From: a virus
Taxonomy: Duplodnaviria > Caudoviricetes
Reading direction: 5' to 3' (one strand)
Virus record (IMG/VR): IMGVR_UViG_3300009034_000035
Coordinates: 1-63,255 of that record
Length of the DNA stretch: 63,255 nt
Shown here: piece after piece, positions 28,677 to 36,795 of the stretch
How positions within the stretch are numbered: position 1 is the first letter of the stretch
How the letters are laid out: every line of letters begins with the position of its first letter
The notes under the pieces: model-generated
Seen by the model: the letters and a program-made list of their open reading frames with translations, nothing else
Database searches by the model: none
Told to the model about the DNA's origin: nothing
Program-made: the position numbers and the translations under genes

Positions 28677-30080
28677 ATGGCAATCGTAAGTGCAGCAGCC
28701 GAAGCACCTTGTCCAATATTCGCTGGTAGAGGAGTAGACAAAAGAGGGTTTACTATAGCAATGCCCTTTAAGTCTTATCTTTCTTGTGAACTAGCTAATA
28801 TAGAAGGTGCAAGTGGCAATAATGCTCAAGATCTAATCTTGGGAGTTTATAATTATGACTTAGCTGAAAGAGTAAAGGATGAAGGAGCAGACACTATAGG
28901 CTTTGGTGTATTCTGTGAGACTGGTGGAGAAACAGATGCAGTTACTACACATAAGCACATGCACTGTGTAGACTTTCACATGATAGTCTCTGAAGATTAT
29001 GTAGGAGACGCTGGTAGTGAAAGAAACTGTGACGTTAGATGTGCTAGGGTTAGAATACAAACAGAAGGTAACGTTGACGGTGTAATTCATGGTATGTATC
29101 TTTGTACTATCTTTAGGGCAGGAAAAACTTATAAAGGAAGATACTTAGAGTATACTTCTTCTTATGGTGGAATAGGTCTAGAGATTAGAACTGAAACTAT
29201 GGGTTCAGGAGCAGTTGTAGGGGGCGATGGAACTAACTATGGTTTCTGTGGTTTACTTGTTACTTGTAAAGGTAATAATTCAATAACAGGAAGCTACCAT
29301 GGTATAGCATTGCATTGTCCTTATGAAGGTGTAGCTTTTACTGTTGGAACAACAGTAGGAATACAATTCATAAATACTGTAATATTAGCTGGCACACAGT
29401 TTGATGAAGGTATAAACTTTGGTAATGACTTAGTTGTAACAGCACTAAGAGTACCAAGTGGAGCAACCTTAGATAAATTCATTAAGTGTGGTGCTTATAC
29501 TTCAAGTGATGCTACTACTAATTCAATAGTATGGGATGCTAGTGCAGATAACTTTGTATCATATTGGTTAACATGTGCAGAAGTTGATCCAGCATATCCA
29601 GCATTTAATATAAGATATATTGGTACTGGAATAACAACTTCAGATCAAATATTAGCTATGGAAATACAATCTAGAACTAATGCTACAGCAATTTGTAGGG
29701 GTATTGAAACTCATGCAATTTTCTTAACTGGTTCTACTGTTAGAGCAGGAGCAAGTTGTGCTCTATATGCTAGATCAGAAATTGCAGCTACTGTAACTAC
29801 TACAGGAGATGTATATGGTGCATATATTTATGTTAGAAGTCAATCAGCAACGACTGGTTCACTATATGTTCTAAGGTTAGAATGTAATAGTTCAACAGTA
29901 ACTTGGGATGATTCATGGATAGAGTTTATTGGAAATCCAAACTTTGCTTTAACTCTTCCAGGAAATAAAACTGCTGTTGATGAAAGTGGGGATAAAACAA
30001 GTGGTCATACAACAGAAAGTGGATGGATCATGGTCAGCATTGGTGGAGCTACTAGATACATACAATTGTACACTGGTTAA
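28677..30080 (+). CDS. Beta-rich head fibre/decoration protein
   Basis: Repeating beta-helix-like G/A/I strands; C-terminal GWIMVSIGGATRYIQLY. Confidence 0.6.
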   Translation: MAIVSAAAEAPCPIFAGRGVDKRGFTIAMPFKSYLSCELANIEGASGNNAQDLILGVYNYDLAERVKDEGADTIGFGVFCETGGETDAVTTHKHMHCVDFHMIVSEDYVGDAGSERNCDVRCARVRIQTEGNVDGVIHGMYLCTIFRAGKTYKGRYLEYTSSYGGIGLEIRTETMGSGAVVGGDGTNYGFCGLLVTCKGNNSITGSYHGIALHCPYEGVAFTVGTTVGIQFINTVILAGTQFDEGINFGNDLVVTALRVPSGATLDKFIKCGAYTSSDATTNSIVWDASADNFVSYWLTCAEVDPAYPAFNIRYIGTGITTSDQILAMEIQSRTNATAICRGIETHAIFLTGSTVRAGASCALYARSEIAATVTTTGDVYGAYIYVRSQSATTGSLYVLRLECNSSTVTWDDSWIEFIGNPNFALTLPGNKTAVDESGDKTSGHTTESGWIMVSIGGATRYIQLYTG

Positions 30081-30091
30081 TCTTAATATAT

Positions 30092-30111
30092 AGGTTGGCA
30101 AACCTTTTTTT
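30092..30111 (+). terminator. Hairpin plus T tract
   Basis: aggtt-ggca-aacct-tttttt. Confidence 0.5.
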
Positions 30112-30199
30112 AAGCTTCCTTACCCTTTTGTAAAAGAAAGGGATAGATATATTAAGCAGTTTATACTTAGAATAGTATAGAAGGTTTAATTACAGGAGG

Positions 30200-30562
30200 A
30201 TGATGTTGATGAAAGCAGTAAAGATAAATATTAAGCCTTACATGGTTACTTTACAATCAGGAGTAAAGCCTATTCCTTATGACATAGTGACATCTATTGA
30301 GAATATTGTTTGTGCTTCTGGGCAGCAAACTAAAGCACAATTAGGTATGGCTGATCTTTTAAGACTTGATAAAATCTTAAATAAATTTAGAATAGCAAGG
30401 GAAGAAAAAAGAAATGAAGTTCTTTTAACAGAAGAAGAATATGGTACTATTAAAGATAGATTTGAGGCATTTACTGGAGTAGGTAAGTTTGAAATTGAAC
30501 TATGTAAGAGGATAGATCAACCAGAAATAGTAGAGGTTAAAGAAGTTAAGAAAGATAAGTAA
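30200..30562 (+). CDS. Hypothetical protein (possible fibre chaperone)
   Basis: SD aggagg; follows the fibre gene. Confidence 0.55.
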   Translation: MMLMKAVKINIKPYMVTLQSGVKPIPYDIVTSIENIVCASGQQTKAQLGMADLLRLDKILNKFRIAREEKRNEVLLTEEEYGTIKDRFEAFTGVGKFEIELCKRIDQPEIVEVKEVKKDK

Positions 30563-30577
30563 GGAGGTTATATATAG

Positions 30578-30838
30578 ATGACTTTGACAATCACTTTAGA
30601 AAGAAAAGAGAAATGGGGAGCATTAAAGGTATTCATATTTAAGATACAGGATACTGTTAAGCAGACTATAGAATTAGAAATGAGTCCTTACTTAAGTCAT
30701 ATATTCTGGGCTGGAGTACAAGACATTACTACATCTGTTTTTGTAGGTGCAATATGGACAGATGATGACGAGACTATAACTATAGGTAATGAATTTACAG
30801 CTAGTGACTATCTTAAAGTAATAGTAGTAGGAAGTTAG
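30578..30838 (+). CDS. Small beta-rich structural protein
   Basis: Resembles the next ORF (LKVFIFKI / LKLAIFHI; KVIVVG / KVRVEG). Confidence 0.55.
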   Translation: MTLTITLERKEKWGALKVFIFKIQDTVKQTIELEMSPYLSHIFWAGVQDITTSVFVGAIWTDDDETITIGNEFTASDYLKVIVVGS

Positions 30839-30842
30839 TTAA

Positions 30843-31100
30843 TTGCTTAAAATACAAACAGAATGGAGAGGAGCAATAGCACCTCATCTTAAGTTAGCAA
30901 TATTCCATATAGTATATGAAGGACCAGAAGAAGGAAGAATAGATACACAGTTTAGTAATATTCTCTTTGCTATGGGCTATAATATGGTTACAGGTAAACC
31001 AGTCAAGTTAAGATGGGAGAAAGGAGGATCATGTATATTAATTGGTCCTATTAAGGAAGGAAGAAAAGGAAAGATTAAAGTTCGTGTTGAGGGTTGGTGA
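30843..31100 (+). CDS. Small beta-rich structural protein
   Basis: Probable tandem paralogue of 30578-30838. Confidence 0.55.
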   Translation: MLKIQTEWRGAIAPHLKLAIFHIVYEGPEEGRIDTQFSNILFAMGYNMVTGKPVKLRWEKGGSCILIGPIKEGRKGKIKVRVEGW

Positions 31101-31101
31101 T

Positions 31102-31461
31102 ATGGCAACAGCTGAATATATGAGAAAATATAGAGAAGATCCTATAAAGATGGAAAAACATAGAAAAGAAGTTAGAGAAAGACGTAGAATGTTAAGAGAA
31201 AATTATAGAAAAGAAGCTATAAAGCTTTTAGGTAATAAATGTATTAAATGTGGCTTTTTTGATATTAGAGCTTTACAGATAGATCATGTTAATAGTGATG
31301 CTTTTAAAGATAGAAAGTTAAAACATAAAGGTTCTTATCTTTATTATAAATATGTAATAAAAGAAATTAAGAAAGGATCTAAAAGGTATCAATGTTTATG
31401 TGCAAATTGTAATTGGATTAAGAGAAAAGAAAATAAAGAATATGTGAAGAGAAAGGATTAA
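31102..31461 (+). CDS. HNH/His-Me finger endonuclease
   Basis: CIKCG...LQIDHVN...YQCLCANCN. Confidence 0.8.
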   Translation: MATAEYMRKYREDPIKMEKHRKEVRERRRMLRENYRKEAIKLLGNKCIKCGFFDIRALQIDHVNSDAFKDRKLKHKGSYLYYKYVIKEIKKGSKRYQCLCANCNWIKRKENKEYVKRKD

Positions 31462-31463
31462 GG

Positions 31464-31661
31464 ATGGTAAAGAAGAAAGATTGTGCTTATGAGCTTATAG
31501 GTTTAGAGAGTAAACCTAAACAATGGAGGAAAGTAGCTACTAAAGAAATGATTAAGCAAGGTAATGATATATCTATGCTTAAGAAAGAAATGGCAGCTGT
31601 GATAGGTCTTTTAGTAACTATATTAAGTGTAATAATTGGCGCACTTAAAGGATTAATATAG
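31464..31661 (+). CDS. Small protein with C-terminal TM helix
   Basis: AAVIGLLVTILSVIIGAL. Confidence 0.55.
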   Translation: MVKKKDCAYELIGLESKPKQWRKVATKEMIKQGNDISMLKKEMAAVIGLLVTILSVIIGALKGLI

Positions 31662-31670
31662 GAGATTAAT

Positions 31671-31886
31671 ATGACTAATAAAACTAAATTGACAGTTACT
31701 TATGATGATGATAGTGAAGAGGAATTAGAGATTAGTTCAGCCCAAGTACTTACTGAAAGTTTAACTACTTTAAAAGCAGTTGGAATAAGTGGTTATCTTA
31801 ACCTACTTCAATTGTCTAAAGCTATGGATAGTTTCTTAAGGGCTAATGATATTAAGAAATTAGAATTTGAGGAAGAGGAAGAATAA
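31671..31886 (+). CDS. Hypothetical protein, probable paralogue of 2526-2738
   Basis: Shared size and C-terminal motif. Confidence 0.6.
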   Translation: MTNKTKLTVTYDDDSEEELEISSAQVLTESLTTLKAVGISGYLNLLQLSKAMDSFLRANDIKKLEFEEEEE

Positions 31887-31898
31887 GGAGGTTAATAA

Positions 31899-32081
31899 AT
31901 GGCAAGAAACTTTGAGGTAAGTAAAACTCAAGTAGCAGATAATTTAACAGATGCAAATGTAGCAGCAGCTATTGAAACATGGTTAGATGGTCTAAGCATA
32001 GGATCTAGCCATACAGTTTATGAAATTACTGTAGAACATTATGCTGGTTTTTGGCATTGTATCTGTATATATGAACCTTAG
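31899..32081 (+). CDS. Small structural-module protein
   Basis: SD aggaggt; acidic. Confidence 0.55.
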   Translation: MARNFEVSKTQVADNLTDANVAAAIETWLDGLSIGSSHTVYEITVEHYAGFWHCICIYEP

Positions 32082-32097
32082 TAGGTAATAAAAGAAA

Positions 32098-32823
32098 ATG
32101 GGTACTTATACAGATGAAACTAAGATAGAAGGAATTACTCAATTTACTATTACTGATAGTACTGAACCTACTACTACTCAAGTAGCTACATGGATAACAG
32201 AAGTAGAAGCAGATGTAGATGCTAGAGCATTAGGTAGTTATACACTAACAGATCAATATATAGATATACCTGCTAAAATAGCCTATCCAGAACAAGGTAC
32301 TATAGCCTGGTTAGAAATGATAGCAGGTAAAAGCTATGTAGAAATAGCTAGTAGATTATTCTTTCCTCCATTTCTTCCTATAGTAAGTGTAGCTAGTCTA
32401 TCTAAAAGGACTAGTGCATTAACAGCAACTGAAGCATGGTCAGCATTAACAGAAGGACCAGGAGCAGATAGTAGCTTCTTAATAATGAAGAAAAGAACTA
32501 AGACTAATCAATATTTAGGCTTTGCTATATACTTCCATAATAATACTCCATCAGCAGGTTATCAGAGGATAAAGATGACTTATAATTATGGCTGGAACTT
32601 AAGTACAGACATTATAGGAGAATGGTGTAGTTTAAAAGTAGCTCTTAAGGTATTGGGTGCATTAGTAAGAGCTAATACACCCTTTGGAGCAGCAGACTAT
32701 GGTATAGCTGATGTAAGAGTAGGAATAGATATAGAGAGAAGAATGGTAAATATTAAAGAGAGAATATTAGAGATAGAGGAGCAATATTTTCCAGAGAAGA
32801 AATTAGGTATAGCTTTAATATGA
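32098..32823 (+). CDS. Head-tail adaptor protein
   Basis: YTDETKIE...WITEVEADVD, IKMTYNYGW; gene position. Confidence 0.75.
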   Translation: MGTYTDETKIEGITQFTITDSTEPTTTQVATWITEVEADVDARALGSYTLTDQYIDIPAKIAYPEQGTIAWLEMIAGKSYVEIASRLFFPPFLPIVSVASLSKRTSALTATEAWSALTEGPGADSSFLIMKKRTKTNQYLGFAIYFHNNTPSAGYQRIKMTYNYGWNLSTDIIGEWCSLKVALKVLGALVRANTPFGAADYGIADVRVGIDIERRMVNIKERILEIEEQYFPEKKLGIALI

Positions 32824-32899
32824 TAATAGTTAAATAAATTAATAGTTAATATAATTAACAGGTTAACCATAAAAAGATGTTGATGATGGTGAATAAATA

Positions 32900-33256
32900 A
32901 TGGGTTATTTTGATGACCTAATTTCCAAGGAAGGAGAAACAGTCTCTCATTATGTACATAGTTGGGAGACAAGTAGAGATTCTACAACTAATTTAAAAGA
33001 GAGTAAATGGGCTACAGCTGTAGATGTAACAGTAGTAGTTAGAAGTCAACCATCTTTTATAGAAGAAAGAGAATTAGGTTTACATAAATTAGATACTATT
33101 TTAATTTTAACTAAGACGGCAGTAGTCAATTTAGATGTTATTAAGTGGAATAATAAATATTATAGTGTAACAATGGTTGAAGGTATTTATTGGAAGTCAA
33201 CTTTACAATATTATAGATGTACATGTCAGGAGAGAATTGAATTTTTAGGAGCATAA
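32900..33256 (+). CDS. Head-closure (stopper) protein
   Basis: GETV...DVIKWNNKYYSV pattern; gene position. Confidence 0.7.
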   Translation: MGYFDDLISKEGETVSHYVHSWETSRDSTTNLKESKWATAVDVTVVVRSQPSFIEERELGLHKLDTILILTKTAVVNLDVIKWNNKYYSVTMVEGIYWKSTLQYYRCTCQERIEFLGA

Positions 33257-33260
33257 TAAT

Positions 33261-34301
33261 ATGGTAGAATTAACTAGTGCAGTACAATCTATTGTAAGCA
33301 TACTTAAAAATACTTCTACAGGTATAGGTACTACAGGCTATGAAATAATAGATGATAATAGTACTGGAGCAACAATATTAGTTTCTTATACCATGAGTAA
33401 AGAAGAACTTAAAGCTGCTTTTGGTGGTACTCAAGACTATGATGTTATTATAACAGTTAAGTCAGATGAAATAGATGATGATTGGATAGGATTATCTACT
33501 AAGAGACAAATTGTACCTATCATTATAGAAGTTAATATAATTGATAAATGGTCAGCTGTTGATACTGGTAATAAATATATTACTGCTCCTTTAGTAAGGT
33601 ATAAAGCAGTTAATGCTATTAGAAAATTTATTAAGGCTAATACTAATGCTCCAGGTGGAAGTATAAATGTATGGAAGTTAACTAAAATTAGGAATGTAGA
33701 AGATACTTCTACTAAACCTACTTTATTTAAGGCCATACTTAAGACTGAAGCTTGGATATATTATAATCCTACTGGGCAAGGCTCAGTTTATGGAGAGTCA
33801 TCAAGATCAGGAGGAAAGGAGGAAGAACAAATGGAAGAAGGAAATTTTACTAGTTGGGCAGTATATGATACAGTTACTGATGCAGATAGTTCAGATGGGG
33901 ATTTAAGACAAACAGCTATTGTAGATGAAGATGAATTAGAAGTAATGATGCTTAATATTTATGGTGAAACAATTAAAAAGTATACTATAGCAGCAAAAAG
34001 TCTTGGGGCAGCATTAGTTAGTGATGTAGATGTTTTAAATAGTGATGGATCTTTAACATCTGGTTTAGCTAACAAAGTTACTCCTTATGGGACCTATAAA
34101 GTATTTGTAGATAATGGAAGTAGTAAGATCTATATATTTAAGAATGGTACTTTACAACAAACTGTTACAGCTGCTACTTTAGGAATAACATCAGGGAAAG
34201 TAAGAAATGTATCTATCAGTCCAAAAGGAACTTATATAATTGTATCAGGTTATATAACAGCTAGTAGTGCAATGGGATGGGTAATATTATTAGGAACTTA
34301 A
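33261..34301 (+). CDS. Tail terminator-like protein with added C-terminal beta domain
   Basis: Position before the tail tube; N-terminal 170 aa alpha/beta; possible internal start at 33831. Confidence 0.55.
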   Translation: MVELTSAVQSIVSILKNTSTGIGTTGYEIIDDNSTGATILVSYTMSKEELKAAFGGTQDYDVIITVKSDEIDDDWIGLSTKRQIVPIIIEVNIIDKWSAVDTGNKYITAPLVRYKAVNAIRKFIKANTNAPGGSINVWKLTKIRNVEDTSTKPTLFKAILKTEAWIYYNPTGQGSVYGESSRSGGKEEEQMEEGNFTSWAVYDTVTDADSSDGDLRQTAIVDEDELEVMMLNIYGETIKKYTIAAKSLGAALVSDVDVLNSDGSLTSGLANKVTPYGTYKVFVDNGSSKIYIFKNGTLQQTVTAATLGITSGKVRNVSISPKGTYIIVSGYITASSAMGWVILLGT

Positions 34302-34319
34302 TTAGAGGAGGTGTAGAAG

Positions 34320-35243
34320 ATAACAGATGTTGTATGTCCAGAGCATGTAGCAGTTTATTATGATACAGAAGATAGCTATGCAGATGGAGGAAGTGCAGGT
34401 AGTCCAGTCTTTAGTTGGATAGGTATAATACAAGATGCCCCTCAATCATTTGAGAATATGAAGAGAGAATGTAGAGGTATAGGAAGTATAGATGCTAATG
34501 CTTTTGCTGATGGTTTACAAAGTCCAGAAATTAGTCTTAAATGGATAGTACAAAGGAAAAGAACAGTAGCTACAGCCTTTAATCCAGTTACTCTCTTGGC
34601 TTATGCTAAGACATTTCCTACTTATGGTTTAGGAATAGGATGGGAAGCTACTTATGGATCTAGCTATATGTCATTATGGTATAAAGGTATGATGATGGAC
34701 AGTTTAGATATAGACTTTACTATAGACAGTTTTATAATAGCAACAGCTAAATTTGTAGGTCATAGTATAGTAGATACAGCAGCTTTAATAGCTGCAACAA
34801 GTAGAGCATCTAATCCAATTAGTATAGCTAATAGCTATGCTCTACCTTTAACAGGACAAGATGCAGAAGTATTTTATAATGCAGCTGGTGGAGCAGACAC
34901 AGCCTTAACTAATGTTAAAAGAGTACATCTTACAATTAATAATCACTTAGCAAGAGTACCTGTAATACAGACTAGCAATGCTCAATATCTTAAGTATATA
35001 TTAAAGACTAGAAGAGAGTTAATGGGTGAAATAGAATTATATGTAGAAGATAAAGATGAATATGCTAACTTATTAGATGCTACTAATTTAGATATTAGAA
35101 TAGATCTACAGAAGTCAGATAATACACCTTACTTTGACTTTACAGGTGCTAAGTTAGATAGAGGAAGCTTAACAACCAGATTAAATGAAATACCATGCTA
35201 TGTAACTTTACCATTTAGAGCAACAGGAATAACTATTGCTTAG
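34320..35243 (+). CDS. Major tail tube protein (ATA start)
   Basis: SD ggaggtg then ATA, with an in-frame TAG just upstream; YYDTEDSY N-terminus, RGIGS, LTINN, TLPFRA. Confidence 0.8.
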   Translation: MTDVVCPEHVAVYYDTEDSYADGGSAGSPVFSWIGIIQDAPQSFENMKRECRGIGSIDANAFADGLQSPEISLKWIVQRKRTVATAFNPVTLLAYAKTFPTYGLGIGWEATYGSSYMSLWYKGMMMDSLDIDFTIDSFIIATAKFVGHSIVDTAALIAATSRASNPISIANSYALPLTGQDAEVFYNAAGGADTALTNVKRVHLTINNHLARVPVIQTSNAQYLKYILKTRRELMGEIELYVEDKDEYANLLDATNLDIRIDLQKSDNTPYFDFTGAKLDRGSLTTRLNEIPCYVTLPFRATGITIA

Positions 35244-35260
35244 AAGGAGGTTGAATAATA

Positions 35261-35614
35261 GTGGAGAAAAAGATTAAGATAGATAATAGGTTTGGTAAAG
35301 AATATTCTGGTGAATATATATTTAGAAGTATAACTTGGGGAAGAAGCAATGAAGTTACAAGTGAATGTACTAGTATGAATCCTATAACTAAACAGACTAA
35401 AGTAGATCTTAGAAGGTTACAAGCTTTAATGCTTGATGCTACTATGGTAGAAAGACCAAAGGAAATAACAATAGAAAAACTATTAAGTTTAGAAGATGGT
35501 ATACCTATGGCTCTAGGAGAATTATTGATGGCTGCTGCTGACTATGTAAATGGCTTCAGCCAGAAGGAAAGAGAAGAACTAAAAAACTTGAAACAGCAAT
35601 GGAACTTGGAGTAG
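35261..35614 (+). CDS. Tail assembly chaperone (gpG-like)
   Basis: Follows the tail tube; ends with slippery A AAA AAC. Confidence 0.75.
   Translation: MEKKIKIDNRFGKEYSGEYIFRSITWGRSNEVTSECTSMNPITKQTKVDLRRLQALMLDATMVERPKEITIEKLLSLEDGIPMALGELLMAAADYVNGFSQKEREELKNLKQQWNLE
35581..35587 (+). other. -1 programmed frameshift site A AAA AAC
   Basis: X XXY YYZ heptamer in frame; the -1 frame continues into 35599-35877. Confidence 0.75.
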
Positions 35615-35877
35615 GTCATCTAAGTTTAGCTGTATATAGAGCTATTAAAGGAGGAGATTCAGGTCTTAACTTAAGATTAAGTGACTTAATGGATAAAGAA
35701 GTTAAGTTACCTAATCTATATGAAATAATAAAGTCTTTCTTCACTAGAAGACCATTATATATAATAATAAAAGGTTATCCTGTCCAGTTAATTAGGAAGT
35801 TATTAACTATACAGAAGAAAGTTGATAGTAAAGTGGAGAGAGAAATAAAGAAGGCTAAGACAAAGAGTAGGTTATAA
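35599..35877 (+). CDS. Tail assembly chaperone frameshift extension (gpT-like)
   Basis: In the -1 frame relative to gpG and open from the slippery site. Confidence 0.7.
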   Translation: MELGVGHLSLAVYRAIKGGDSGLNLRLSDLMDKEVKLPNLYEIIKSFFTRRPLYIIIKGYPVQLIRKLLTIQKKVDSKVEREIKKAKTKSRL

Positions 35878-35879
35878 TA

Positions 35880-36269
35880 ATGGAAGGAGAATTAGAGATT
35901 AGTATAGTCATAGAAAATGAAGAGCAACTTAAGCAAGTTCTAGATAGTTTTTCTCTAGAAATGGAAGGAGAAGTATATAATAGTTTACTTAGAACAGCAA
36001 ATAAAGAAGAGAAAATATTAAAGTCTACTGCTAGGTTTACAGATAGAACTGGTAAAGGAAGAAGAAGCTTATTTGTTACAGCCACTTTTAATCCTTTGGG
36101 GATAGAAGGAGGAAGTTATAATCCTTACATGAAATATGTAGCTAAAGGACATGGTACTTGGAGAGGTAATTGGTGGGAAACTTATAAGAAAGGAGCTATA
36201 CCTAGAATATTTAAAGATATTGAAAGAGCTGTAAATAAAGTAGTAAAAAAGTTTAATAGGGGTGAATAA
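35880..36269 (+). CDS. HK97 gp10-like tail completion/neck protein
   Basis: FTDRTGKGRRS and NPYMKYVAKG. Confidence 0.75.
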   Translation: MEGELEISIVIENEEQLKQVLDSFSLEMEGEVYNSLLRTANKEEKILKSTARFTDRTGKGRRSLFVTATFNPLGIEGGSYNPYMKYVAKGHGTWRGNWWETYKKGAIPRIFKDIERAVNKVVKKFNRGE

Positions 36270-36270
36270 T

Positions 36271-36795
36271 ATGGCAATGATGGGAGCTGGTGGAGGAGGA
36301 CCAAGTTTATGGATGTCTATATATGCTAGAGACAGAACAGGACCAGCATTTGATGCTGTAAAAGATAAAATGAGTAGAGTATCTTCTATGGCAGTAAGTG
36401 CAATGGGTAAAATAGGTAGTTTATCTATGTCATTTGCTACATTAGGTAGAGTAACAGGCCTATTAAATGAAGAACAAGCTAGAATGATAGGAATATTTGG
36501 AACAGTCATTAGAATATTTACTACTGGATATTATGTAGCCAAGACAATTGCTACTGCTGTTACATGGGCACATAATACAGCTTTAACTTGGGAAGTAGCA
36601 TTATTAACTTTAGGAGTAGGAGTAGCAATAGCAGCAGCAGCAGCAATAGCAATATTAGCTACTCAGACTAAAAGTGCAGCTGAAGCACAACATCAATATA
36701 ATAATGAACTAGAAAGAGGAACAGATCTACAGAGGAGAAGGTCAGCTAATCAAAGGTTAGTTCGTAGAGGAGAATTTGAGGAAGTAATTGACTGA
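36271..36795 (+). CDS. Very short tape measure-like protein (174 aa)
   Basis: IYARDRTGPAF N-terminal motif, Ala/Gly-rich helices, hydrophobic segment; position between chaperones and hub. Confidence 0.7.
   Translation: MAMMGAGGGGPSLWMSIYARDRTGPAFDAVKDKMSRVSSMAVSAMGKIGSLSMSFATLGRVTGLLNEEQARMIGIFGTVIRIFTTGYYVAKTIATAVTWAHNTALTWEVALLTLGVGVAIAAAAAIAILATQTKSAAEAQHQYNNELERGTDLQRRRSANQRLVRRGEFEEVID

Noticed and set aside
36615-36660. gca tandem repeat
   Set aside because: Encodes the poly-Ala hydrophobic helix of the tape measure-like protein
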